A stretch of DNA of 64,000 bases from Candidatus Daviesbacteria bacterium (GTDB lineage Bacteria > Patescibacteriota > Microgenomatia > Daviesbacterales > UBA10151). Every line of letters begins with the position of its first letter. Position 1 is the stretch's first letter. Positions 54,754-64,000 of this stretch are shown here, piece after piece. Location: contig JACPKM010000008.1 of assembly GCA_016187025.1 (NCBI GenBank), forward strand, positions 1,361-65,360, in the 5' to 3' direction. The notes under the pieces are model-generated. The model was not told the origin of the DNA. It saw only the letters and a list, made by a program, of their open reading frames with translations, and ran no database searches. The translations under genes and the position numbers were made by a program.

Positions 54754-56022
54754 TTAGCTTACTAATATCTTATCACGTAATTTCCTATGATAGGATAGAG
54801 CAAATCGGTGTGATTCATCTCTTAATTTTTGCAATAAACGAAGGGATAGGCTCCTTTTAGAAAGTTTAACAATCTCTCCCTCAGGCGGGTATAACCACTC
54901 CAGTCTTTTTGCCAGGCCGTAGATAGGAACTTTTATTCCTTTTTTGTCTAACTCTTGTTTTACAGTCCTCACTTGTCCTCTGCCTCCATCTATAATGATT
55001 AAATCAGGCATAGGCCACTCCAAATGTTTGAGTCTTCTTTGCATCATCTCCTGATGCATAGCATAATCATTAGGTTTTCCTGAGATTAAAATCTTGAATT
55101 TTCTATACTGCGACTTATCAACTTCTCCATCAGTTAAAACCACCATTGAACCAGTTGCGTTTTCTCCCTGAATATTGGAAATATCATAGCCTTCTATCCT
55201 TTCGGGTAGTTTTCCTAGGTTCAAATCTTTTTGCAACTGCAGTAGTGAGATTTCTCTTTCATCTTCCAAAAAATTGGGGTTTTCTAAATAACTTTGTGTT
55301 CTATTTACCTGAGTCAAATACTCTATTCCTGCAATTGTCTTTTTAATTTTGGCTGCTTCCTCAAACCTTTGCTTATCTGCATCTAGCACCATTTCCTGTT
55401 GTAAACTTGTGACAAGATTTTCTTTCTTCCCTTCCAGTAAAAGTGCCAGGCGGTAAATATTTTTTCGGTATTCACTTTTGTCAACTTTGCCTATACATGA
55501 TCCAGGACATAGGTTTAGATGGTAATAAAAACAAGGTCGTTGCCTTGTTTTATTACTTTTTTTGTCTCCCATTTGGCACCAGGGAAAAATCTTACGTAAA
55601 TGCTTTAATGTTTCCTTTACTGTTCTTCCAGAAGGAAATGGACCAAAGTATTTTAGGCTATCTTCTAAATCTTTTTTTCTTGCTATAACAACCCTAGGGA
55701 AATCCTCTTTGGTAATCTTTATGTATAAATAATCTTTGTCATCAGTAAGTCTTATATTAAATGGCGGTAAATATTTTTTTATTAGATTTGCCTCAAGAAT
55801 TAAAGCCTCCAGTTCAGACTCAACAATAATTGTCTCAACTTGATCAATCTGCCAAACCATTGAAGATACTCTCAAAGGAGGGCGGCCTGAAAAATATGAG
55901 GAAACCCTTGTGATTAGATCAATTGCTTTTCCTACATACAAAATCTTCCCGCTTCTATCTTTGAAAATATACACTCCCGGCTTGTGAGGAAGCTTGTTTT
56001 TGTCAATAAATGCAGGAATCAT
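54754..56022 (-). CDS. uvrC: Excinuclease ABC subunit C (compact, no C-terminal HhH)
   Basis: PGVY...YVGKA, Cys cluster, IEGYDISN, IDGG and RDESHRFA. Confidence 0.93.
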   Translation of the reverse strand: MIPAFIDKNKLPHKPGVYIFKDRSGKILYVGKAIDLITRVSSYFSGRPPLRVSSMVWQIDQVETIIVESELEALILEANLIKKYLPPFNIRLTDDKDYLYIKITKEDFPRVVIARKKDLEDSLKYFGPFPSGRTVKETLKHLRKIFPWCQMGDKKSNKTRQRPCFYYHLNLCPGSCIGKVDKSEYRKNIYRLALLLEGKKENLVTSLQQEMVLDADKQRFEEAAKIKKTIAGIEYLTQVNRTQSYLENPNFLEDEREISLLQLQKDLNLGKLPERIEGYDISNIQGENATGSMVVLTDGEVDKSQYRKFKILISGKPNDYAMHQEMMQRRLKHLEWPMPDLIIIDGGRGQVRTVKQELDKKGIKVPIYGLAKRLEWLYPPEGEIVKLSKRSLSLRLLQKLRDESHRFALSYHRKLRDKILVS

Positions 56023-58016
56023 TTCACCAACTTCTTACCTTTCGCTACCTCTTCTGTCCCGCTTCGCCTTGTACCAGAAATCGGTACTTGGCTTCGCGGG
56101 ATAAACCCTTTTCTAAATATAAATATAGATAGAATCACAATATAAACCGAGGTTAACAAAACCAAAACGGCGGTCAGCAAAATAGGAGTTGATCTGATCA
56201 AAATAAAAGGCTTTACTTCAATATTTTTAGTAACATTTTGACTTCCAACCTTTACAGATATTTGGTCTGAGAATGAATCCAGAACTGTTTTTGATCTTAC
56301 ACTGAATTCAAACTCAGCACTTCCAAATGCCGGGATAGGACCAGTGCTTAGTTTATCATGCCTAATAAATATAAGATTATTTCCAGATGCTGAAAGCAGG
56401 TTAGATGAATATACTCCATTACCTTCATTGGTTATTTTAATTTTTAGTGGCTGAGTAAATCCAGCAAGTATTGGATCTGGAGTAATTATTTCAACATTGA
56501 GCTGAGGTTTTAATAAAAAGTCTCTGTCTGATAAAGTTGCTTTGACATCTTTAGCTTCTTCCTGATTTGGTGTCCGTGGATTACCAGCCTCACCACCCAA
56601 TTTATATGCTCCTGCTGGGATTGGATACTCAGAAGAAAAACCCTTTATCACAAAAGTAAGATGATTTAAATCCAGCTTATTAAAATAATCGACCCCACCT
56701 GTGGTATTTTCCCAGGTTGGATCAACCATAACCCAACCGTTTTTTTCATCCCAATATTCTGGCCAAGAGTGGAGAATATCTGTTTGGGCAGATGAAGGCC
56801 TAAGCTTTTCATTTGAGGTGTAGGCAAACCCGTTAAGCTCCCTTGCTGGAATATTGGCAGCCCTTAGCAGGGCAATAAACAAATCTGTAAATTCCATACA
56901 AACAGCATTTTCCGGATTGTTTAAAGCAGTAACTGCTCCATATCTTTGAATTTCTTTGTTTATTCTGCCTAGATCATATTTTAAGGTATCTACCACATAT
57001 CTATATATTAACCGGACTTTTTCTTGTGGATCAGTTGGTGGATCCTGCCCTAATATTTCTGATAGGGTATTTTTGATAATAGGATTATCTTTTTCCCAAT
57101 ACTTTTGACTGCTAGTGTATTTTTCCCTTAACTGTGAGGAAAGCTTAGAAAAATTTGCTTTTGAGCTAGTATATAGTTTGGCTGAGCCGATTACCCGGAC
57201 ATCCATCTTTTCTCCCTTTACTAACCTATACCAGGCTAGATAATTACCATCCTCATCAACTGTTACATTAACTGGCTTAGGGTTTATCCGCTGAAAAATT
57301 ACATCCTGATAAGCAGTGTCAGGTGGAAGGGCAATATTTGTAACAATTGGAACCAGTTTGTCATTTTCTAAATGATAACTTAAATCAAAATCAAACAACT
57401 GGTAATCCCCAAAGCTTGCTGATACCCCAGAGTTTATTAGCTGATCCTTTTCAAATGTTAAAAACCTTCTGTTTTGATTACTGCTTTCATTTTTTGGCGT
57501 GGGACTTATCAGTGATAGTTCCCCAAAGCTAACAGGAACAGAAATTGTCATATTATAGGAATCTAAATTGGTGGATGATGAAATCTTTGGCGCTCTTACC
57601 TCCCAAACCTTACCCTGTTTTTCTGCAAAATCCTTTGATTTAAACTGCAGTATCCAGGGAAGTTCCTTGTTTATACCGGCAACCTCTTGATTAAATTTGA
57701 CAGTAATAACTGTAGAAGTATCTTTTTGCTCAACACTTGTTTCCATGGGACCAGACTGGTCCGAAGCCTGAACATCACTTATTTGAGTAGTACCAATTGT
57801 TAGCTTAAACTGATTTGCATAAAACTTGCTGGTAAGATTTTTCAGGGAAATCTTTTCAGTAACTGTTGTAATCCCGGCCTCATCTACATCAAATGTAACA
57901 TTGTAGGATGTAGCAAACTCCTCCCCAGCAAAGGTTTTGGAGGGTAAAAGTAAAAAAATATAAAATAGAGAAAGGGCAAACAATACCAGCTTAAGAGTTC
58001 TCATAGCCGTAAACAT
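56019..58016 (-). CDS. Secreted or membrane-anchored transglutaminase-like protein
   Basis: VCMEF, HSW and DPTW (Cys-His-Asp triad). Confidence 0.88.
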   Translation of the reverse strand: MFTAMRTLKLVLFALSLFYIFLLLPSKTFAGEEFATSYNVTFDVDEAGITTVTEKISLKNLTSKFYANQFKLTIGTTQISDVQASDQSGPMETSVEQKDTSTVITVKFNQEVAGINKELPWILQFKSKDFAEKQGKVWEVRAPKISSSTNLDSYNMTISVPVSFGELSLISPTPKNESSNQNRRFLTFEKDQLINSGVSASFGDYQLFDFDLSYHLENDKLVPIVTNIALPPDTAYQDVIFQRINPKPVNVTVDEDGNYLAWYRLVKGEKMDVRVIGSAKLYTSSKANFSKLSSQLREKYTSSQKYWEKDNPIIKNTLSEILGQDPPTDPQEKVRLIYRYVVDTLKYDLGRINKEIQRYGAVTALNNPENAVCMEFTDLFIALLRAANIPARELNGFAYTSNEKLRPSSAQTDILHSWPEYWDEKNGWVMVDPTWENTTGGVDYFNKLDLNHLTFVIKGFSSEYPIPAGAYKLGGEAGNPRTPNQEEAKDVKATLSDRDFLLKPQLNVEIITPDPILAGFTQPLKIKITNEGNGVYSSNLLSASGNNLIFIRHDKLSTGPIPAFGSAEFEFSVRSKTVLDSFSDQISVKVGSQNVTKNIEVKPFILIRSTPILLTAVLVLLTSVYIVILSIFIFRKGFIPRSQVPISGTRRSGTEEVAKGKKLVK
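56054..56096 (-). repeat. REP-like element (family B) inside a CDS
   Basis: Copy of 14225-14267; translated as RSQVPISGTRRSGT. Confidence 0.85.
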
Positions 58017-58060
58017 TGTAACAAATCAACCCAAGCTAAGCTAATCCTTTATCGTCAGCT

Positions 58061-58079
58061 TGCAACCTTAAAGGTTGCA
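58061..58079. repeat. REP palindrome (family A) upstream of the RAYT gene
   Basis: TGCAACCTT-A-AAGGTTGCA; overlaps the TTGCAA-17-TAAACT promoter. Confidence 0.85.
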
Positions 58080-58094
58080 GCGTAAACTAAATAT

Positions 58095-58748
58095 ATGCCT
58101 GGCAGAATTACTCCTTTAGTAAATAATCAGTTCTACCATATTTTTAACAGAGGAAATAATAAAGGTGACATTTTTTTGCAACCCAGAGACTATGCCAGGT
58201 TTCAGAAAACTTTTTATTATTACCAATATGCTGGGCCAAAGCTCTCATTTTCCAAATTTTCAAAATCAAACTTAAATTCTTTTAAACCTGACCCCAATCA
58301 GAAATTAGTAGAAATAATCTGTTACTGCTTAATGCCTAATCATTTCCATTTTTTGATACGTCAATTAAAGGAAAATGGCATCTCAATTTTTATCAGCCAA
58401 TTATCAAATAGCTATACCAAATACTTCAATACCAAACACGCAAGAGTAGGGTCATTACTACAGGGATCATTTAAATCGGTCCTAATAGAGACAGAGGAAC
58501 AATTAATTCACGTATCACGTTACATCCATCTAAATCCAGTAGTTTCCGGACTTGTCAAAAACTTAGATACTTACAAGTGGTCTTCTTATTTAGAATATAT
58601 TAGTGGGCATGAATTTCTCTGCTCTCCCAGAGAAATTCTTAATCTTTTTCCATCAGTTGAAAAGTATCAAGAATTTACAGAAGATCAAATAGACTATGGT
58701 ACAAGTTTAGAACTACTAAAACACAGAACGATAGATATCAACACATAA
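58095..58748 (+). mobile_element. REP-associated tyrosine transposase (RAYT, Y1/IS200 superfamily)
   Basis: YHIFNRGNNK, YCLMPNHFH (HUH), RYIHLNP and WSSY; flanked by palindromes. Confidence 0.9.
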
Positions 58749-58763
58749 TATAAAGTTCGTACG

Positions 58764-59618
58764 TCAACCTTCCAGGTTGCTTCCTAAATATTTAGATCTT
58801 ATAGAAGTTAGGACTTTAACAACAGTCCTCTCAGAACCACGGTTTTTTTGTTCATTTACAAGATCTGCAAAGGCATCAACAATCTTTTCAGGAAAACCTT
58901 TTAAACTTGGAATCTCCGGAGTTAAACGGAGAGGATCCTCGTGTTTCAAGCCGCTCTCACTCATATCTTCACCAAAAACGTTTTCTACGGCCTTTCTGCC
59001 TTCGGTATAAGCTTGAAGCACATCTCTTAAATTTGTTCCTCCGCAATGAGTACTAAACGGAGTCACTTCCTGAAAACCAAAAAACGTTCTGTAATCTAGT
59101 TCTGCTAGAGTATCTGATCGAGCGGCAACAAGAGCTGGGGATTTGCTTTGACCCAGCACTCCGAATGGCTGCCATTCTTCCACTACAGTATTTATAAGAA
59201 AACGCGCTATCCCTCTTCTCCAGTAAAGAGGATGAGTCACCAAACCCGCAAAGCATAAGGGATAAGCCTTATCCTTTAAAACCTGAGCAGCCATTTTGGG
59301 GTTCTGATCTTGTAGCTTTTGCCAAAAATATCTACCCCTAACAGGTTCTTCAGGAAACCATCGGACGACACACAGTGATCCTACTATTTGATGATTTGAT
59401 GTGGCAAAGTAATTAATGCATCTAGTATCATCTCCTCCATACTCGAACTCCGCCTGCTCCAGCAGTTCTTCTTTAGTACCTGAGTAACCATAACCCAAGG
59501 TAACAAGCTCAACTAGTCCGAGTCTATAAAGATCTTCGTGAGCTAACTCTGAGGGTAGACTTCTATAAGCTACTAGTTTTTCTGAAGGTGATGAAAACTT
59601 TCCCGCAACAATTTCCAT
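58764..59618 (-). CDS. GNAT-family acetyltransferase-like protein
   Basis: VTHPLYWRRGIA acetyl-CoA motif. Confidence 0.7.
   Translation of the reverse strand: MEIVAGKFSSPSEKLVAYRSLPSELAHEDLYRLGLVELVTLGYGYSGTKEELLEQAEFEYGGDDTRCINYFATSNHQIVGSLCVVRWFPEEPVRGRYFWQKLQDQNPKMAAQVLKDKAYPLCFAGLVTHPLYWRRGIARFLINTVVEEWQPFGVLGQSKSPALVAARSDTLAELDYRTFFGFQEVTPFSTHCGGTNLRDVLQAYTEGRKAVENVFGEDMSESGLKHEDPLRLTPEIPSLKGFPEKIVDAFADLVNEQKNRGSERTVVKVLTSIRSKYLGSNLEG
58765..58780. repeat. REP palindrome (family A) downstream of the RAYT gene
   Basis: CAACCT-TCC-AGGTTGC; lies in the last codons of the GNAT gene. Confidence 0.8.
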
Positions 59619-59619
59619 T

Positions 59620-62523
59620 TTAAAGTATCCTAGCTAGATATTGCCCAGTATAGGAGGGTTTTACCTTGGCAATTTGCCCTGGGGTACCCTGAGCGATCAC
59701 TTTCCCCCCTAAATCTCCTCCCTCAGGCCCCAAATCTATCACCCAATCAGTGTTTTTTATCACATCTAAGTTGTGTTCAATAATTATGACCGTGTTCCCA
59801 TAATTTACCAGCCTTCTAAGGATATTTAATAACCTTTCTATATCTGCAAAATGCAAACCCGTGGTTGGCTCATCCAAGATATAAACAGTTCTGCCGGTTT
59901 GACGTTTTGATAATTCAGCAGATAACTTAATTCTTTGCGCTTCTCCCCCAGATAAAGTTGGAGCAGGCTGACCTAAACGGATATAGCCTAAACCTACATC
60001 GTTTAATACCTTAATTTTGTTTTTTATTTGAGGAATATTTTCAAAAAATTTCAAACTTTCCTCAACAGTCATATCCAAAACCTCTGCAATATTTTTATCC
60101 TTGAAATGGATTTCTAAGGCTTCTCTGTTGTAGCGTTTTCCGTTACAAGCCTCACAGGTAACATAGACATCTGGTAAAAACTGCATTTCTATTTTTATTT
60201 GTCCTTCACCCTCACAAACCTCACATCTTCCTCCCTTTACATTGAATGAAAACCTACCAGGTCCATAACCTCTAATCTTTGCCTCAGGAGACTCTGCGAA
60301 AAGCTCCCTGATATGAGTAAATGCACCGGTATAGGTTGCCGGATTAGACCTGGGAGTTCTGCCAATCGGAGATTGATCAACCATCACAACCTTATCAACA
60401 TATTCTGTCCCTAGCAGTTCTTGATAAACGCCAGCTCTTTCCCTACTTCTGTATATCTTTTTTGCCAATGCTTTGTATAAAACATCATAAATTAAAGTAG
60501 ATTTCCCTGATCCAGACACACCTGTCACTGCAATAAACTGACCCAAAGGAAAAGAAACATCAATATTTTTTAAGTTATGCTCGCATGCACCCAGTATTTT
60601 TAAAGTTCCAGAATTTATTTTTTCCCTTTGTAGCTTTCCATCAACCTCAACACGTCTTTTACCGGATAAATATTGGCCAGTTAAAGAATCAACATTTTGC
60701 ATAATCTGTTTTGGAGTACCTTGGGCAACAATTTTTCCTCCATGCTCACCTGCTCCCGGACCAATCTCTATTAATAAATCTGCATTTTCCATTGTCTCTG
60801 CATCATGCTCATTAACAATTACTGTATTCCCCAAATCTCTTAGCTTTTTTAAAGTCTCTATCAAACGGGTATTATCTCTTTGATGCAAGCCAATTGATGG
60901 CTCATCTAGTACATATAAAACACCTGATAGTCCTGAGCCAATTTGAGACGCAAGTCTAATTCTTTGAGATTCTCCTCCTGCTAGAGTCATGGAAGCGCGA
61001 TCCAGCGTTAGATAATCAAGGCCAACATCTATTAAAAACTTATGCCTTGACTGGATTTCCTTTATAATTGGTTTGGCAATTGTTTTTTCCCTTTCAGATA
61101 ATTTTAGATTTATCTGCCCAATCCATTCTAAAGCCTGCTTGATAGATTGTGTGCTTACCTCTGCAATGCTTAAGCCATCAACTGTCACAGATAATGCCTC
61201 ATCTCTTAGTCTTTGCCCCCTACATTTAGGACAAACTTCTTTGACCATATATTTTTCTATCTCTTGCTTAACCCACTCAGACTCTGTTTCTTTGTATCTG
61301 TCTTTTAAATAACTTACCAGTCCTTGGAAGGTTGAATAAAAATGTGTCCATCTTCCTTGTCTATTTTTTCCCTCCACTTTAAACTCCTCATCTCCTGATC
61401 CAAACAATAATACTTTTTTGGCATTCTCCCCTAAGTTTCCCAGTCTGGTGTTAATATCAAAGTTATACTGCTTACCAACTGCCTCAATCAGTCTTGTAAA
61501 CCAGGTTTCGTTTGTTCCCAGCTTTTGCCAGGGTAGTATCCCTCCTTCTGCAATTGACAAAATTGGATTTAAAACGGCATTTGGATCAATTTCTAAAAGA
61601 GAGCCTAAACCATTACACATTGGACATGCACCGTGCGGAGAATTAAAGGAAAAAAGCCTTGGTTCCACCTCTGATAAAGCTATTTTATCAACTGGACAAG
61701 CAAACCTTTCTGAATATAGCTGATCCTGCATTTTCTTGGGATTTTGAGGAAACTCCAGTGATGAATCCAAAACTTCAGATACCAAAACAGACCCCTCACC
61801 CAACTTAAGAGCGGTTTCTATTGACTGTGATAACCTAGTGATCAAAGATTGATCCTTGATACTATTTTTGTCCAGGACAATCCTATCAACTACAGCATCA
61901 ATTGTGTGTTTATTGGTTTTAATCAAAACAGAATCCTCAGACAAATCCCTAATATGGCCATCAACCCGAACTTTAGAAAACCCTTTTTTTCTTAAATCTT
62001 CGAAAAGCTGACTGTACTCCCCTTTTCTGTCTTTAACAATCGGAGCCAAAATTATAATTCTTTTACCCTTTCTGGCCTTAGATCCTTCGACTCCGCTCAG
62101 GATGACTTGCGTCATCTGCTCAACACTCATTCTGGAAATTTCTCTGCCGCAAATGGGACAATGCGGATGACCAACTCTTGCAAAAAGTAACCTTAGGTAA
62201 TCATAGATCTCAGTAGTAGTCCCTACAGTTGATCTGGGGTTGTGGGAAACGCCTTTTTGGTCAATGGAAATTGCCGGAGACAAACCTTCAATCAGATCTA
62301 CATCTGGTTTGTCCATCACCCCTAAAAACTGCCTGGCATAAGTAGATAGAGACTCGACATATCTTCTTTGACCTTCTGCATAAAGGGTGTCAAAAGCCAA
62401 AGAAGATTTACCAGACCCTGAAATCCCGGTAAAGACAATGAGCTTGTTTTTGGGAAGCTCCAGATCAATATTTTTCAAATTATGCTCACGTGCACCCTTG
62501 ATTATTATCTTATCATTTATCAT
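59620..62523 (-). CDS. uvrA: Excinuclease ABC subunit A
   Basis: GAREHNLKN, two Walker A motifs (GSGKS), zinc fingers and LSGGEAQR. Confidence 0.98.
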   Translation of the reverse strand: MINDKIIIKGAREHNLKNIDLELPKNKLIVFTGISGSGKSSLAFDTLYAEGQRRYVESLSTYARQFLGVMDKPDVDLIEGLSPAISIDQKGVSHNPRSTVGTTTEIYDYLRLLFARVGHPHCPICGREISRMSVEQMTQVILSGVEGSKARKGKRIIILAPIVKDRKGEYSQLFEDLRKKGFSKVRVDGHIRDLSEDSVLIKTNKHTIDAVVDRIVLDKNSIKDQSLITRLSQSIETALKLGEGSVLVSEVLDSSLEFPQNPKKMQDQLYSERFACPVDKIALSEVEPRLFSFNSPHGACPMCNGLGSLLEIDPNAVLNPILSIAEGGILPWQKLGTNETWFTRLIEAVGKQYNFDINTRLGNLGENAKKVLLFGSGDEEFKVEGKNRQGRWTHFYSTFQGLVSYLKDRYKETESEWVKQEIEKYMVKEVCPKCRGQRLRDEALSVTVDGLSIAEVSTQSIKQALEWIGQINLKLSEREKTIAKPIIKEIQSRHKFLIDVGLDYLTLDRASMTLAGGESQRIRLASQIGSGLSGVLYVLDEPSIGLHQRDNTRLIETLKKLRDLGNTVIVNEHDAETMENADLLIEIGPGAGEHGGKIVAQGTPKQIMQNVDSLTGQYLSGKRRVEVDGKLQREKINSGTLKILGACEHNLKNIDVSFPLGQFIAVTGVSGSGKSTLIYDVLYKALAKKIYRSRERAGVYQELLGTEYVDKVVMVDQSPIGRTPRSNPATYTGAFTHIRELFAESPEAKIRGYGPGRFSFNVKGGRCEVCEGEGQIKIEMQFLPDVYVTCEACNGKRYNREALEIHFKDKNIAEVLDMTVEESLKFFENIPQIKNKIKVLNDVGLGYIRLGQPAPTLSGGEAQRIKLSAELSKRQTGRTVYILDEPTTGLHFADIERLLNILRRLVNYGNTVIIIEHNLDVIKNTDWVIDLGPEGGDLGGKVIAQGTPGQIAKVKPSYTGQYLARIL
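62081..62106 (-). repeat. REP-like element (family C) in frame inside uvrA
   Basis: GTCATCCTGAGCGGAGTCGAAGGATC, encoding VILSGVEGS. Confidence 0.75.
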
Positions 62524-62533
62524 AGTCGTTATA

Positions 62534-62571
62534 ATCCTGAGCGATCCTCCAGCTGGCGGAGAGTCGAAGGA
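62534..62571 (+). repeat. REP-like element (family C) with nested insert, upstream of uvrA
   Basis: ATCCTGAGCG-[17 nt]-GAGTCGAAGGA. Confidence 0.75.
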
Positions 62572-62724
62572 CGAATCTTTCCCGAAGAATAGTTGTTTAT
62601 TTTACCCTATTTGAAAAGATTTTTAAAGATAGAGGATTAGAATGTACGAATTAATTATCAAACAATTTTATAACCTATAGTTGTCATTTATATCTTAGTT
62701 TGGTATACTTTCTAGTTATAATCG

Positions 62725-63362
62725 GTGGAATTGAAGCGTATAAACCCAGCCAACCATGAGCAGATCTTACAAGCTGCAATAGAAGCAGAAAGTATGCTAC
62801 TGGGAAATCCAAATAGAACTACCTTCCAAAGGAATCCATATGTTATAGAAAGAGATGATCTAGTTTTTCCCCTTGTAGGAGAGATTAGGGACTTTTTGGA
62901 AGAAATCGATTTGGTGGAAGTTTTGGAAATAGGGGGTGGGGTTGGCAATACTATGAGAAGATTAGCGCATGAATTTAGAAACGGCGCAAATTTTACCATG
63001 ACATCCCTTAATCCTCTGCCAGAACATTCAGGACTCAGAAGTCTTGGTGTATAAGTTTATAAAGGACTTTTAGCCGAGCGTTTACCAGAGGAATGGGCAG
63101 ATAAATTTCACATTGCGGGCACAGATTCAGTGTTAGGATGGACCGATATTCCTGTAGCTTTAACACAAATCCACGGGTATTAGCACATGGAGGAGTTTGG
63201 GTAGGATTGGAATCACAAAAAGCTATAATACCAAGTATGGGAGTTAGAGTAAGCGATGCAGTTGAGCAAGTCATGCAAAGGTTGGGCATGGAAAATACCA
63301 GAAAGTGGTCTATTCTATCTGCTGTGACTAAAACCTGGGAGGGCAGATATTACCATCAGTAA
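62725..63362 (+). pseudogene. Class I SAM-dependent methyltransferase pseudogene
   Basis: VLEIGGGVG; in-frame TAA at 63052, reading then continues VYKGLLAERLPEEW...ALTQIH; a 1-nt frameshift near 63173 leads to RVLAHGG. Confidence 0.8.
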
Positions 63363-63400
63363 AGGCTTTACAACCTCTTCTTATGTACTAAGCTCCTTTA

Positions 63401-63596
63401 TTGGAATTATATTTTGAAGATCAATCTGGATTTAAATTCACTGCTGTTAAAAAACCAAAACTTCAGGATATCTCTATCCAGGTAAAATGCCTAGACTTTA
63501 CTCAGCTAAAGTAGTCCTTTCGACCTTACAAAGAGCAGGATTTGTTATTATTTCTCAAAGAGGCAGTCATATTAAACTATTCAAAAACTTTGTGCG
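63401..63596 (+). pseudogene. Degraded hicB-hicA toxin-antitoxin remnant
   Basis: HicB-like tail LELYFED with no start; HicA N-half MPRLYS...GFVIISQRGSHIKL from 63487, broken at the REP. Confidence 0.7.
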
Positions 63597-63614
63597 GCAA
63601 CCTGGAAGGTTGCA
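63597..63614. repeat. REP palindrome (family A), third copy
   Basis: GCAACCT-GGA-AGGTTGCA; its reverse complement shares 16 nt with 58765-58780. Confidence 0.85.
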
Positions 63615-63629
63615 GACTAGATTTCATTT

Positions 63630-63770
63630 ACACCTCTTGTACGGTCGTTCAACAAATGTTACAACTTCGTGCGGACACCCGCTTCGCCCGCCTTTGGCTT
63701 GCTTCGCATAGCGAGCGCGGCTTCGCGAAGTGAGCCTCTAAGGGGTCAAGCTCGTATACCCGGAGGGTGG
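63630..63770 (+). ncRNA. 6S-like RNA candidate
   Basis: Rod-like fold: CACCUC/GGAGGGUG, UGUACG/CGUAUA, central bubble with 3' hairpin GCCUC-UAA-GGGGU then CAA, ACUUCGUG/CGCGAAGU; -10 TAGATT upstream. Confidence 0.5.
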
Positions 63771-63784
63771 GAAGCCACGACAAA

Positions 63785-64000
63785 CTAGATTATATTGGGA
63801 TCCGTGTGTTTATTCAGTGCAATAAATATCCTTTGCACCAAGCTATATTGCGGTATTAACCTTCTTCTTGCTTGTTCAAATATTAATATGTTGTGTTTAT
63901 ACAAACTAATCTCTGTGACCCTCGTAGCAATAGCTGCTGACGCAGCAATTAGCATTCCCCCGATTAAATCTTGTGGTGGTAAATTTTGACTAGCTGAGTA
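63785..64000 (-). CDS. Hypothetical protein, 3' part only
   Basis: Open frame from the window edge to TAG at 63785. Confidence 0.55.
   Translation of the reverse strand, partial: YSASQNLPPQDLIGGMLIAASAAIATRVTEISLYKHNILIFEQARRRLIPQYSLVQRIFIALNKHTDPNII

Noticed and set aside
54754-56022. uvrC as a truncated pseudogene
   Set aside because: Both nuclease domains are intact and the gene is tightly coupled to its neighbours; treated as a compact form.
58095-58748. IS200/IS605 element with TnpB
   Set aside because: No tnpB; protein length, NP/WSS motifs and flanking palindromes fit a RAYT.
63052-63054. Stop-codon recoding or alternative genetic code
   Set aside because: The same gene also has a frameshift, and TAA, TAG and TGA all end intact genes elsewhere in the window.
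63789-63794. Minus-strand TATAAT as promoter for the 63.7 kb RNA
   Set aside because: It lies in the last codons of a CDS, and G-U pairing in two stems favours the + strand.
2685-63989. Many 60-140 aa ORFs antisense to or nested in long genes (e.g. 3507-3752, 6496-6912, 61418-61723, 63795-63989)
   Set aside because: Shadow frames of well-supported genes, with no motifs or expression signals.

Overview
Chromosomal segment of an AT-rich, reduced-genome bacterium that looks like CPR/Patescibacteria, probably Microgenomates (inferred from gene content, many near-leaderless promoters and tRNA-Arg(UCG)). Genetic code 11. Housekeeping content: gpmA-eno/ppsA, pyrF, a dinB-like cassette, Zur-ZnuACB, guaA, gmk, cupin PGI-zwf-gnd, secG, uvrC, uvrA and four tRNAs. 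The most striking feature is a ~29 kb island (about 20.2-49.5 kb). Eleven of its minus-strand promoter regions carry the same GTAA(G) pentamer (CTTAC on the coding strand), mostly in ~11-bp phase. The downstream genes encode a KGG stress peptide, two GlsB/YeaQ proteins, a PAS-GAF-PAS kinase with a receiver protein, a class F sortase and substrate, a class A PBP, a GH18-GH19 fusion, a GT4-glucosidase pair, a GH5 cellulase and a PilZ-less cellulose-synthase-like GH8-GT2-GT-C operon. I read this as a candidate general-stress, dormancy or coat-building regulon (inference). Other notable items: a REP-associated tyrosine transposase whose palindrome forms promoters, including that of a 6S-like RNA; REP-like elements inside coding sequences; an NDK and kinase-like gene pair sharing a domain, next to a ~60-nt sRNA; a bidirectional ECF promoter; several unlisted micro-ORFs; and three pseudogenes. 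All family calls come from reading motifs by eye; no searches were run.
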